A program made the position numbers and the translations under genes. Shown piece after piece: positions 9,107 to 17,827 of a DNA stretch of 64,000 nt; position 1 is the stretch's first letter, and each line of letters opens with the position of its first letter. The notes beneath the pieces are model-generated. The model worked only from the letters and a program-made list of their open reading frames with translations. It was not told where the DNA came from and searched no databases. This DNA is from Candidatus Lustribacter sp. (lineage in GTDB: Bacteria > Vulcanimicrobiota > Vulcanimicrobiia > Vulcanimicrobiales > Vulcanimicrobiaceae), in assembly GCA_965277805.1 (NCBI GenBank), contig OZ255842.1, positions 352,001 through 416,000 of the forward strand, given 5' to 3'.

Positions 9107-10833
9107 TCGCGCCGGAGCGGGCCGGCGCCAAACGGCATCTGAACGTTCAGACGACGGCCGAGGCCCTGCTCGCGCACATCAAACGCAACGGCACCGAGTA
9201 TTTCTTCGTGAACGCCGGGACTGATTTCGCCTCGGTCGTCGAAGCGTATGCGCGGCTCGATGAATCGGGCCTCGACTTCCCCACGCCGATCGTCGCGACG
9301 CACGAAAACCTCGCCGTCGGCATGGCCCACGGGTATTACCTGATCGCGCGTACGCCGCAAGCGGTGATGTGTCACGTCAGCGTCGGCTCCGCCAACGCGA
9401 TCTGTGCGATCATGAACGCCTCGCGCGACCAGATCCCGATCATCTTCATGTCGGGCCGCACGCCGCTGTTCGAATCGGGCAAGTTCGGCAGCCGCAACGG
9501 CGACATCCATTGGCCGCAAGAGATGTTCGACCAGGGCGGCATGATGCGTGAAGTCGTCAAGTGGGACTACGAACTGCGCGACGGCCTCAACGTCGAACAA
9601 GTCGTCGATCGCGCCTATGGGATCGCGCAAGCGGCGCCCAGCGGTCCGATCTATTTGATGCTGCCGCGTGAAGTGCTCGCCGGCAAACTCGACGGCGCCG
9701 ACGTACGCGCCGAAGTTCCGGCCGTGCCGGCCCCGCCGTTCCCGAGTCCCGACCACGTCACCACGATCGCGCGCAAGCTGGCCACGGCCGAGTTCCCCGT
9801 GATCGTGACTTCGGCCAGCGGCGCCGACGCGTCGACCGTCGCGCCGCTTACCGCGCTTTGCGAACGCTTCGGCATCGCGCACGTCGACCGCAAAGCGCGT
9901 TTCGTGAACGTGCCGACCGGCAGCCCGATCCATCTCTCGCAAGGGCTCGAGGATCTGTTCGATGAGATCGACGCGCTGCTGTTCCTCGAAACCGACGTGC
10001 CGTGGATTCCCAGTCGCGGCAACCCGCGTCCGGAAACGTTCATCGCCGACGCCGGCACCGATCCGCTCTTCGGGCTCATTCCGATCCGCAGCTTTCCGGC
10101 CGACGTGTCGCTCACGACCACGGTCGCGGCGCTGCTTCCCGAACTCGAGCGGGCGCTGGAGACAGCCGGCGCCGAGCAAGGCGCGGCCGCGCGCCGCGAG
10201 CGCATCGCAACGAAGCGCGCTAGCGGTATCGCCGCGATCGAAGAACGCGTCGCGGCCGATGCCAAGCGCGGCGGACCGATCACCAAGATCTTTCTCTCGC
10301 GTGCGCTCGATAACGCGCGCGACAAACGCGACATCGTGGTGAACGAATACTCCGCGATGCCCGACTACATGGAGTTCAACCAACCCGCGACGTGGTTTCT
10401 CAACCCGCCGGCGGCCGGCCTCGGCTGGGGGATGCCGGCCGCGATCGGCGTGAAGCTCGCATCGCCCGACCGCAACGTCATCGCGGTGCTGGGCGACGGT
10501 GCGTACATTTTCGCCAACCCGGCGGCGTGTCATCACGCGATCGCGATGCACGACCTGCCGCTGCTCACGATCATCTACAACAACGCGCGCTGGGAAGCCG
10601 TTCAGAGCTCGGCGCGCGGCATGTACAAAGCGGAGTCGGCGCTCGGCAAACACAAGCTCGCGCCGCTTTCGTCGCTCGACCCGATCCCTGACTTCGAACG
10701 TTACGCCGAGGCCTCGAACGGCGTCGGCTTCCGCGTCACGGAACGCGCGGAACTCGAATCCACTATCCGGCGCGCGCTGAAGATCGTGCAAACGGAACGC
10801 AAACAAGTGCTGATCAACGTGATCGGTTCGTAA
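9103..10833 (+). CDS. Thiamine-diphosphate-dependent enzyme (acetolactate synthase / 2-oxo-acid decarboxylase-like)
   Basis: HENLAVGMAHGY with catalytic Glu; GDG-X-NN ThDP motif (LGDGAYIF...IIYNN); ATGA overlap. Confidence 0.9.
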   Translation: MIAPERAGAKRHLNVQTTAEALLAHIKRNGTEYFFVNAGTDFASVVEAYARLDESGLDFPTPIVATHENLAVGMAHGYYLIARTPQAVMCHVSVGSANAICAIMNASRDQIPIIFMSGRTPLFESGKFGSRNGDIHWPQEMFDQGGMMREVVKWDYELRDGLNVEQVVDRAYGIAQAAPSGPIYLMLPREVLAGKLDGADVRAEVPAVPAPPFPSPDHVTTIARKLATAEFPVIVTSASGADASTVAPLTALCERFGIAHVDRKARFVNVPTGSPIHLSQGLEDLFDEIDALLFLETDVPWIPSRGNPRPETFIADAGTDPLFGLIPIRSFPADVSLTTTVAALLPELERALETAGAEQGAAARRERIATKRASGIAAIEERVAADAKRGGPITKIFLSRALDNARDKRDIVVNEYSAMPDYMEFNQPATWFLNPPAAGLGWGMPAAIGVKLASPDRNVIAVLGDGAYIFANPAACHHAIAMHDLPLLTIIYNNARWEAVQSSARGMYKAESALGKHKLAPLSSLDPIPDFERYAEASNGVGFRVTERAELESTIRRALKIVQTERKQVLINVIGS

Positions 10834-10842
10834 GGAGTAGTC

Positions 10843-11868
10843 ATGCCAATCATCGATGCCCACGCGCACGTGAGCGTTCCCTCGGAAGTCTGGGCGTATA
10901 AAGCCGGCCTGCTCTCGCACCGCGGCGCGCACGGCAATCGCGGCCCGAAACTGAGCGACGACGAACTGATCGAGGCCTACCACAAGAAGGAGATGGCGCC
11001 GGTCGGACATCTCGAGTCGATGAAGCTCAACCAGATCGACGTCCAGCTGATTTCGCCGCGGCCCTTCCAGATGATGCACAGCGAGAAGTTCAAGCTCGTG
11101 CAGTGGTTCACCGAAGAAATCAACAACATCATCTACCGCGACACGCAGCTCTTCCCGGGCCAGTTCTACGGCGTTTGCTCGATGCCGCAAGCCGCCGGCG
11201 AGCCGATCGAAAAGTCGCTGCCCGAACTCGAGCGCTGCATCAAGGAACTCGGTTTCGTGGGCACGCTGCTCAACCCCGATCCCTACGAGAACACCGGCAC
11301 CGAAGCGCCGCCGCTCGGCGACAAGTACTGGTACCCGCTCTATGAGAAGCTGTGCGAACTCGACGTGCCGGCGCACATCCACGGCACGACCTCGCATTCC
11401 GAGCGCACGCCCTACACGCTGCACTTCATCAACGAAGAGACGATCGCGGTCTACGGCCTGATCAACTCGAACGTATTCAAGGATTTCCCGACACTGAAGA
11501 TCGTAGTCTCGCACGGCGGCGGCGCGATCCCGTATCAGTTCGGGCGCTTCCAGTCGGGCTCGATGCGCAACCCGCCCGGTCAGCGCTTCAGCGACGGGCT
11601 GAAGAAGCTCTACTTCGATACGGTGCTCTACACCGAATCGGCGATGAAGCTGCTGGTCGAAGTAATGGGTCCCGACAACCTCGTCTTCGGCGCGGAATGC
11701 CCGGGTGTCGGTTCATCCGTCAATCCCGACACGAACCACACCTTCGACGACATCGTGCCCTTCATCCAACGCATGGACACGCTCGACGACACGCAGCGTC
11801 AAAACATCCTCGAAAACAACGCCCGCCGCCTCTACAAAATCCCCGCCGCGAAGCCCGCCCTCGTGTAA
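10843..11868 (+). CDS. Amidohydrolase-2 protein, 4-oxalomesaconate hydratase (LigJ)-like
   Basis: IIDAHAH, SPRPFQMMH, ELERCIKELGFVG..LNPDP, WYPLYEKLCELDVPAHIH, SHGGGAIPY. Confidence 0.82.
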   Translation: MPIIDAHAHVSVPSEVWAYKAGLLSHRGAHGNRGPKLSDDELIEAYHKKEMAPVGHLESMKLNQIDVQLISPRPFQMMHSEKFKLVQWFTEEINNIIYRDTQLFPGQFYGVCSMPQAAGEPIEKSLPELERCIKELGFVGTLLNPDPYENTGTEAPPLGDKYWYPLYEKLCELDVPAHIHGTTSHSERTPYTLHFINEETIAVYGLINSNVFKDFPTLKIVVSHGGGAIPYQFGRFQSGSMRNPPGQRFSDGLKKLYFDTVLYTESAMKLLVEVMGPDNLVFGAECPGVGSSVNPDTNHTFDDIVPFIQRMDTLDDTQRQNILENNARRLYKIPAAKPALV

Positions 11869-11870
11869 CC

Positions 11871-11955
11871 CTGTCATCCCGAGCTTGTCGAGGGACCGCA
11901 CGAATTGTGGCGGTCCCTCGACGACGCACCTACGGTGCTTTGCTCGGGATGACAG
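11871..11955. repeat. Palindromic element, copy 2
   Basis: CTGTCATCCCGAGC...GCTCGGGATGACAG terminal IR; inner IR GTCGAGGGACCGC / GCGGTCCCTCGAC. Overlaps the 3' end of the SCO gene. Confidence 0.9.
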
Positions 11956-12679
11956 ACGTCAGTGCGGCAACTACGGCTGCCGGCTTCCAATCAGCGTTGT
12001 CGAAGAGTTGGGTTATCCGGCCGTCGGCGTTGACGACGGCGAGGCGTTCGCTGTGGACGATCGTGTCGGCGCCGGCGGAGCGTTCGAGGATGCGGAAGCG
12101 GGCGGCGAAGTCGAGGACCGTGCGCGGGTCGCCCGTTAGGAGATGCCAGCGCGCTGGATCGGCGTTGAAGAGCTTTCCATAGCGCGCAAGCACCGGCGGA
12201 CGGTCGTAGGCCGGATCGAGCGATACCTCGACCAGGTCGGCCGGCGTGCCCTTCGTGCGCGATTGCACTTGTTCGAGTTTGGCCGACACGAACGGACACA
12301 TCTTCGGATCGCGGCAGCGCGTGTAGATGAAGGTCAAGGCGTAGGGGTGGCCGTGTAAGGCGCTCAGGCGTGCGGGGCGGCCGCGTTCGTCGACGAACGG
12401 GATGTCGGGAACGGTATCGCCGGCGTTGACGAACTTCGGCAGCGTGTTTTTCTGTACGGTCGCGACGCTCGTAACGTGGAGCGCGGACAAACTCCACGGT
12501 TCGGTTTTTGTGTTGACGTCGGCCGCGATGTGATCGCCGGGATGGACGGCCGTGCCGGCGGGCACGCTGAACGTCATCGTCATCGCGGGCATGCCGTCGA
12601 AGGCTTCGTGATGCACGACGAGCGTCGTCGGGGTCAGCGTCATCAGCACGATGCCCGCCAGGTGCAGAAGATGATGCAC
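11930..12679 (-). CDS. SCO1/SenC family copper chaperone with N-terminal CusF-like domain
   Basis: VVHHEAFDGMPAMTMTF (CusF-type His/Met); TFIYTRC-x5-CP, SLDPAYD and IVHS (SCO). Confidence 0.85.
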   Translation of the reverse strand: MHHLLHLAGIVLMTLTPTTLVVHHEAFDGMPAMTMTFSVPAGTAVHPGDHIAADVNTKTEPWSLSALHVTSVATVQKNTLPKFVNAGDTVPDIPFVDERGRPARLSALHGHPYALTFIYTRCRDPKMCPFVSAKLEQVQSRTKGTPADLVEVSLDPAYDRPPVLARYGKLFNADPARWHLLTGDPRTVLDFAARFRILERSAGADTIVHSERLAVVNADGRITQLFDNADWKPAAVVAALTSVIPSKAP

Positions 12680-14290
12680 TTAGAGCACCGCGATCTTCGC
12701 CATCATTCCGCCGTCTTCATGATCGAGGATGTGGCAGTGGAACAGGAACGTGCCGCGGATCGTGGGATCGCGGAAGTCGATCAGCACCTTCATCTGCGAG
12801 GGGATGATTTGTCCCGTCACGCCGATACCGACCGGCGGCATGACCACCGTGTCGAGCCAGTGCTGGTTGGGCTGCGTCACGCCGTTGATGCTCTCGACGA
12901 TGAAGTGCGTCTGATGGATGTGGAAGTCGTGGATCTCCTGCGTATCGTTTTCGAGCGTCCACTCCTCGGTTGTGCCGGAGGCCGCGGTGAACATCGGCGG
13001 CGACGACGCGCTGTACTGCAGGCCGTTGATGTAGAACCCGTTGTCGTCCTCGGTGAAGTGCACGAGCCGCTCTTGCGCGGGCGCGGGCATCGACGAGTGA
13101 TAGTACTGCGAGTAGCGCACCGAGGCGAGCCGCTGCACGCGATGGGATTGCGTGACGGAGGTCGCGGCATTGGGCCAGTTCGTGTCGTCGGTCAGCACGC
13201 CGAGCGCGATCTCCGGGCTCGTGTCGCCGTCCGGGCCCGTCTGCACGCACTTCGAGATCAGGGCGGCCGGCGACGCCGAACCGGTGACGAGAAACTCGGC
13301 GCGCCCGGCGGGCGGAATCACGATGTCGCTCATTGCGATCGTCGCCGGCGCACCGGGATAGGTGTTGATCGGCACGCCGTCTTGCGCGACGAGCTGCAAT
13401 TGCTTGCCGTCGATAGCGAGGTCGAAGTGACGGTGGGCGGACGCGTTGACGACGCGGAAGAGTTCGGTTTCGCCGGGCTTGATCCCGATCGACGCGAGCG
13501 TTGCGCCGTTGATCATCGGCGTGGCGTCGGTTTCGGGCGAACACGCGTTGCCCCCGTTCGGCGAGTCGGCATCCTGCGCACCGCGGCGTGCGGCGCTCGT
13601 GCGGCGCACGACCGACGCGCCGCCCGAGCGGCGCAGAATCGAGCTCTCGCCGGCAGCGAACGATGAATCGTTCGGTACGTCGCCGAGAATGATCACGCGC
13701 TCGCGCAGGCCCGCCGTCTGCGGCACGACGTTGGCGATGCCTTCGACGATGATCGCGCCGGCCATACCGTTGCCGACTTCGTACGACGCGAGACCGTGCG
13801 CGTGCGGGTGGTACCAATACATGCCGGGCGGCTGATCGGGGTTGATCACGACGGTGTAGCTGACCGCGGCACCGGGCGAGGCATTGGTATCGATCGTGTC
13901 GTCGCCCGGCGCGTTCGGCGATGAGGAGAGGCCGTGGAAGTGGAGGTTGGCGTTCGAGACGACGCCGACGTCGCAAAATTCGGGCAGCTGGTTCTGGAAC
14001 GTGAGTTGGATCGTGTCGCCGGGATGCACGCGAATCGTCGGTGCGACCTGTTGGCCTTGCCAGTAGAACTCGGGGCGGCTGTTGGCATCGAACTTCGCTT
14101 GCAGCGTCAGCGATGCGACGCCGTTGACGCTGTCGACTTCGGGCAACGTGTTCAATGCGGCCGGGCCGCCGGGCACGGACACGCCGGTTGGAACCGGCGC
14201 CGGCACGGCGGACGACCCGCCCCCGCCGCACGCGATGAGGCCGAGAGCGATGATGATTGCCGCTGCAGCGGAGAGAGCAACGTAACGCAT
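12680..14290 (-). CDS. Multicopper oxidase, predicted lipoprotein
   Basis: All four Cu motifs: HFHG, WYHPH, HDFHIH, HCHILDHEDGGM. Lipobox LIA-C followed by a GGGGSS linker. Confidence 0.93.
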   Translation of the reverse strand: MRYVALSAAAAIIIALGLIACGGGGSSAVPAPVPTGVSVPGGPAALNTLPEVDSVNGVASLTLQAKFDANSRPEFYWQGQQVAPTIRVHPGDTIQLTFQNQLPEFCDVGVVSNANLHFHGLSSSPNAPGDDTIDTNASPGAAVSYTVVINPDQPPGMYWYHPHAHGLASYEVGNGMAGAIIVEGIANVVPQTAGLRERVIILGDVPNDSSFAAGESSILRRSGGASVVRRTSAARRGAQDADSPNGGNACSPETDATPMINGATLASIGIKPGETELFRVVNASAHRHFDLAIDGKQLQLVAQDGVPINTYPGAPATIAMSDIVIPPAGRAEFLVTGSASPAALISKCVQTGPDGDTSPEIALGVLTDDTNWPNAATSVTQSHRVQRLASVRYSQYYHSSMPAPAQERLVHFTEDDNGFYINGLQYSASSPPMFTAASGTTEEWTLENDTQEIHDFHIHQTHFIVESINGVTQPNQHWLDTVVMPPVGIGVTGQIIPSQMKVLIDFRDPTIRGTFLFHCHILDHEDGGMMAKIAVL

Positions 14291-14297
14291 CGGATCC

Positions 14298-15446
14298 TCA
14301 GTACGCGAACAGTAGCGATGACGAGATGATGTGGAGCAAGTTACCGTTGTAGTCGCGCTCGGCGGTTTCGAACAGCGTTAGGCGCGAGTTGGCGGAAAGA
14401 CGATAGCCGGCGCCGCCGGTGATCGAGCGCGCGAACGTCGCGCCGTTGGTCGCGTCCCAGCGCGCGATCGCGAACGCGCGACTGCCTAGCGCCTGCCGCA
14501 CTTGGAAGAAGCCGCCGCTCGTGACGAGTGCATCGCCGTACACGTCGGCCGAACTGTCGTTGCCGATCTGATAGACGCCGTCGATCTCGGTGCGGTTGTG
14601 CGCCCAGCCGAGGCCGAAACCGTTGCGCCAAAAGCGATCGGGAATGTTGCTGAAAAACGCCGAGTTATTGAACGCCGGGCCTTCGAGCGGGCGGCTTCCA
14701 TCGTAGCGATAGCTCGTGAGCCTGAACTTTCCGAGGTCGCGCTCGAGCGTCACCATCGTGTCGACGCCGTTGGACGGCAAGCCCGATTGCGTGTCGGCGC
14801 CCTTGAGGGCCGAGAGCGTCGCACCGATCTGACGCGATGGATTGCCGGCTTCCAATTCGAGGCCTTGCTTCGTATCGAAGAAGTTGAACGGGTTGCCGCC
14901 CGCGGTCTGGCTCCAGACGCCGTACGGCTGCGTCGTCTCACGGAACGTTTCCGGATCGAGCGGCAACGGCAGCGTGAATTGACCGGCGCGCAGGAGCAGC
15001 GGGAAGTTCGCGCCGTCGGGGGTGAGGCGATCGGCGAACCACGCATCGCGCACGACGCCCGGATAGCCGCCGTCGACCGCATACGGCTCGAGCCAGTACG
15101 AAGCGCGCGAACCGACCGAGCCGCCCATCAGGAACTCGACCTCGTTGACGATCGTTTTGGGCAGCGGCCCTTTGATCTCGTCGGGGTCGGCGGCGCCGGC
15201 GCTGGCGTAGTCGACCTCCACCCGGATCGCCACCGGGAAGGCCGGCTTCGGCGTGATCCCCGGGATCCGGTAACCGTTGGCCATGAATGTCTTTCCGAAC
15301 TGGGTGAGGTGGGGGACCTCGGTGTGGCACGCCTGGCACGTCAGGTTGAAGCGATGGGCGAACACGGGAATCGCCTCGGCGCGGCTCATGGTGAGCGCGG
15401 CGAACGCGACGACGGCTGCGCAGAACGGGAAGAAAGCGCGAAACAT
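14298..15446 (-). CDS. Cyc2-like monoheme cytochrome c fused to a predicted outer-membrane beta-barrel
   Basis: Signal peptide ending AEA, then IPVFAHRFNLTCQACHTEVPHLTQFGKTFMANGY (Cyc2-type PxFA...CxxCH...PxL..FG..F...GY); alternating beta-strand segments; C-terminal aromatic residue (LLFAY). Confidence 0.75.
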   Translation of the reverse strand: MFRAFFPFCAAVVAFAALTMSRAEAIPVFAHRFNLTCQACHTEVPHLTQFGKTFMANGYRIPGITPKPAFPVAIRVEVDYASAGAADPDEIKGPLPKTIVNEVEFLMGGSVGSRASYWLEPYAVDGGYPGVVRDAWFADRLTPDGANFPLLLRAGQFTLPLPLDPETFRETTQPYGVWSQTAGGNPFNFFDTKQGLELEAGNPSRQIGATLSALKGADTQSGLPSNGVDTMVTLERDLGKFRLTSYRYDGSRPLEGPAFNNSAFFSNIPDRFWRNGFGLGWAHNRTEIDGVYQIGNDSSADVYGDALVTSGGFFQVRQALGSRAFAIARWDATNGATFARSITGGAGYRLSANSRLTLFETAERDYNGNLLHIISSSLLFAY

Positions 15447-15508
15447 AGGTCTTCCTAAGCGACTGATTAGGTGATCCAACTTAGGCCGTCCTAATTAGGC
15501 ACTCCTCC
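15445..15508. promoter_or_regulatory. Array of TTAGG-N4-CCTAA boxes (DtxR/IdeR/MntR-like operator)
   Basis: ATAGGTCTTCCTAA 15445-15458, then three abutting 14-mers: TTAGGTGATCCAAC 15467-15480, TTAGGCCGTCCTAA 15481-15494, TTAGGCACTCCTCC 15495-15508. Confidence 0.7.
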
Positions 15509-15571
15509 AACCTGCTTAGAGAATTTTTAGAGCGCAGGTGCCCCCGAAGGGCTGCACCAAGGCTGCTCGCG

Positions 15572-16357
15572 ATGATCCATCGCACGCGCGCGGCCGAAAT
15601 CCGTGACCGGAAAGGTCGGCCGTTCGCGACGATCACCGCCTACGATGCGGCGTTCGGGCGCGCTGCCGAAGCCGCCGGCATCGATCTGATCCTGGTCGGC
15701 GATTCGCTCGGCAACGTCGTGCTCGGTTTTCCATCGACCGTGTCGGTGACGATCGAGGACATGGAGCGCCACGGCGCCGCCGTCGTGCGCGGTACGGAGC
15801 GCTCGCACGTATGTATCGACATGCCGTTCATGTCGTACGAAGCGTCGAATGAAGACGCGATCCGCAACGCCGGCCGGCTGATCCGCTGCGGCGCGCAGTC
15901 GGTGAAGCTCGAAGGCGGCGTCGAGCGGGCCGAACGGCTAGCGGCCGTCGCCGGCGCCGGAATTCCGGTGATCGCGCACATCGGCGTCGTGCCGCAAACG
16001 GCAGCGCTCGACCGCGGCTTCCGGCGGCGCAAGGATCGCGACCGTTTGATCGCCGACGCGGATGCGGTGGCCGCTGCCGGCGCGTTTGCCGTCGTGCTCG
16101 AGATGGTCGATGGCGACATCGCGCGCGAGATTACGCAGCGCATCTCGATTCCGACGATCGGCATCGGGAGCGGCGGCGGCTGCGACGCACAGATTCTCGT
16201 GCTCTACGATTTGCTCGGGTTCTCGGCGTTCATTCCGCCGTTTGCGAAACCGTACGTGAATCTCTTCGACGTCGTGACCGGCGTGATGCGCCACTACGCG
16301 GACGACGTCGCGGCCGGACGCGATCCCGCCGACGGACCATCGGAACGGGTGAGCTAG
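15572..16357 (+). CDS. panB: 3-methyl-2-oxobutanoate hydroxymethyltransferase
   Basis: ITAYDA, ILVGDSLG, DMPFMSY, VKLEGG, IPTIGIGSG..CDAQIL. Confidence 0.95.
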   Translation: MIHRTRAAEIRDRKGRPFATITAYDAAFGRAAEAAGIDLILVGDSLGNVVLGFPSTVSVTIEDMERHGAAVVRGTERSHVCIDMPFMSYEASNEDAIRNAGRLIRCGAQSVKLEGGVERAERLAAVAGAGIPVIAHIGVVPQTAALDRGFRRRKDRDRLIADADAVAAAGAFAVVLEMVDGDIAREITQRISIPTIGIGSGGGCDAQILVLYDLLGFSAFIPPFAKPYVNLFDVVTGVMRHYADDVAAGRDPADGPSERVS

Positions 16358-16360
16358 GCG

Positions 16361-16798
16361 ATGCTCGTGCTGGCAGCGGTCGCTGTCAACGCGTTTCTGA
16401 GCGCGTTCGGCGGCACGTGGGCGTGCACGCCGCATTTGCCGGGCGCCGTCTCCGCACCGGTGTCGACGTGGACGATCGCAGCCGAGCCGAAGAGTTCGTG
16501 GGTCGTCGTGCGCTGGTCGACGCGCGGCGAGCACGGCACGGCATTCGTTGGTTACATCGTACCCGAATCGCAGTGGATTTATGAAGATTTCCACAGCGAC
16601 GGCAGCTTTTCGTCTAACACGACGCCCGGGCCGCAGAACGGCGTGTGGACGTGGAGCGGTACGTTTACCTCACCGCAGCGCGAGCAGCACGGCGCGATTC
16701 AGTGGCGCCGGACCAACGGCGGTTTCCGTCAGGGTTTCGGCCGTCTGCTCGGCACGTCGTTTCGCGAATCCGCCTATTCGGAGTGCGAGGCCAGGTAG
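16361..16798 (+). CDS. Hypothetical Trp-rich beta protein, possibly exported
   Basis: Hydrophobic N-terminus, GTWAC motif, terminal Cys; starts 3 nt after panB. Confidence 0.65.
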   Translation: MLVLAAVAVNAFLSAFGGTWACTPHLPGAVSAPVSTWTIAAEPKSSWVVVRWSTRGEHGTAFVGYIVPESQWIYEDFHSDGSFSSNTTPGPQNGVWTWSGTFTSPQREQHGAIQWRRTNGGFRQGFGRLLGTSFRESAYSECEAR

Positions 16799-17772
16799 TC
16801 GTCCATCAAGTCGTCGAGGAAGAAGCGGTCGTAGGACGTCATCGATTGGCCCTGCGGAATGCCGCCGACGAAATGAAACAGGTTGGCATCTTCATCGACC
16901 CAGTCGTCGCCACGGCCGAACGCTTTGTGAAAGCGAATGCCGTTCGGGCTGCCGTGCATGAGCGTGCGCGCTCGAAGCTGCGTGCCGTCGCCGGCGAACT
17001 TGCGCGTTTCCATGTCGAACGGCCACTCCGGCAGCTCGGCCCACATGCGCTCGTGGTTCGGCCAGAAATCCGCTTCTGATACGAGCAGCGCGGTATGGCA
17101 ATCGGAGAAAACGCCGCGGCCGCTCGCGCGCAGGCCCGGTTCGGCCGCTGATTTGAAGACCAGCCGTCCGGCCGTTGCGAGCGGAAGCACGAGCGTGTCG
17201 CCGGCGATCTCCGCCGAACGCAGCGGCGTTAGGCCGCAGTAGCGGGCGAAGAAGTCCGCCGTCCGCTGCAGGTCGCGGCTCGCGTAAGTGATGTGGCTGA
17301 TGCGTCCGACGCGGTGTTTGGACGCATGGTCCATCGCGCCGTCCGGAATGCTTTGCGGCGCCCAGAATTCGAACTGATTGCCGTCGGGATCGAGCCAGTA
17401 GATCGCCGTGCCGTTCTCGCCGTCGGCCGCGGTTCGCACGGGTTCCGAGCGGGTCACGCCGTTCGCATCGAGACGCTGCAGATGCGAGCCGATGTCCTCG
17501 GGACGGATGAAGAGCGCATGCCGCGGATAGCCTTGGCCGGGCGGCTGCGCCGGCGGCAGCGGCTCGCGCATCACGAACAAGCCATGATGGCAGTGTCCGC
17601 CGCGCAGCTTCAGCTCCGGATGCGAAAACGCTTGAAACACGCCGCGTTCGCGTGGCAAGCCGGAGTCGGGGATCGTTTCGGCGCCGAGCACCCGTTCGTG
17701 AAAATCGATCGAACGCGCGAGATCATTTGTCGGAATGGTGTAATGATCGATCCAGTAGATCGTGCCCGCCAT
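16774..17772 (-). CDS. Two-domain VOC (glyoxalase/extradiol dioxygenase) family protein
   Basis: IDHYTI...RHAL...YWLDPDGNQFEF; second module ISHITY...CHTAL...DEDANLFHF. Divergent from a Rieske gene. Confidence 0.82.
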   Translation of the reverse strand: MAGTIYWIDHYTIPTNDLARSIDFHERVLGAETIPDSGLPRERGVFQAFSHPELKLRGGHCHHGLFVMREPLPPAQPPGQGYPRHALFIRPEDIGSHLQRLDANGVTRSEPVRTAADGENGTAIYWLDPDGNQFEFWAPQSIPDGAMDHASKHRVGRISHITYASRDLQRTADFFARYCGLTPLRSAEIAGDTLVLPLATAGRLVFKSAAEPGLRASGRGVFSDCHTALLVSEADFWPNHERMWAELPEWPFDMETRKFAGDGTQLRARTLMHGSPNGIRFHKAFGRGDDWVDEDANLFHFVGGIPQGQSMTSYDRFFLDDLMDDYLASHSE

Positions 17773-17827
17773 AGGCTTCAGCCTTAGCACGGAAGAATGT
17801 TTTACCCCTTCCGCACGGAGGCACCGC

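Noticed and set aside
9088-11514. Very long opposite-strand ORFs (also 46996-48978, 56061-58136, 57475-59553, 61805-63958)
   Set aside because: Typical high-GC antisense shadows of well-supported genes; no motifs.
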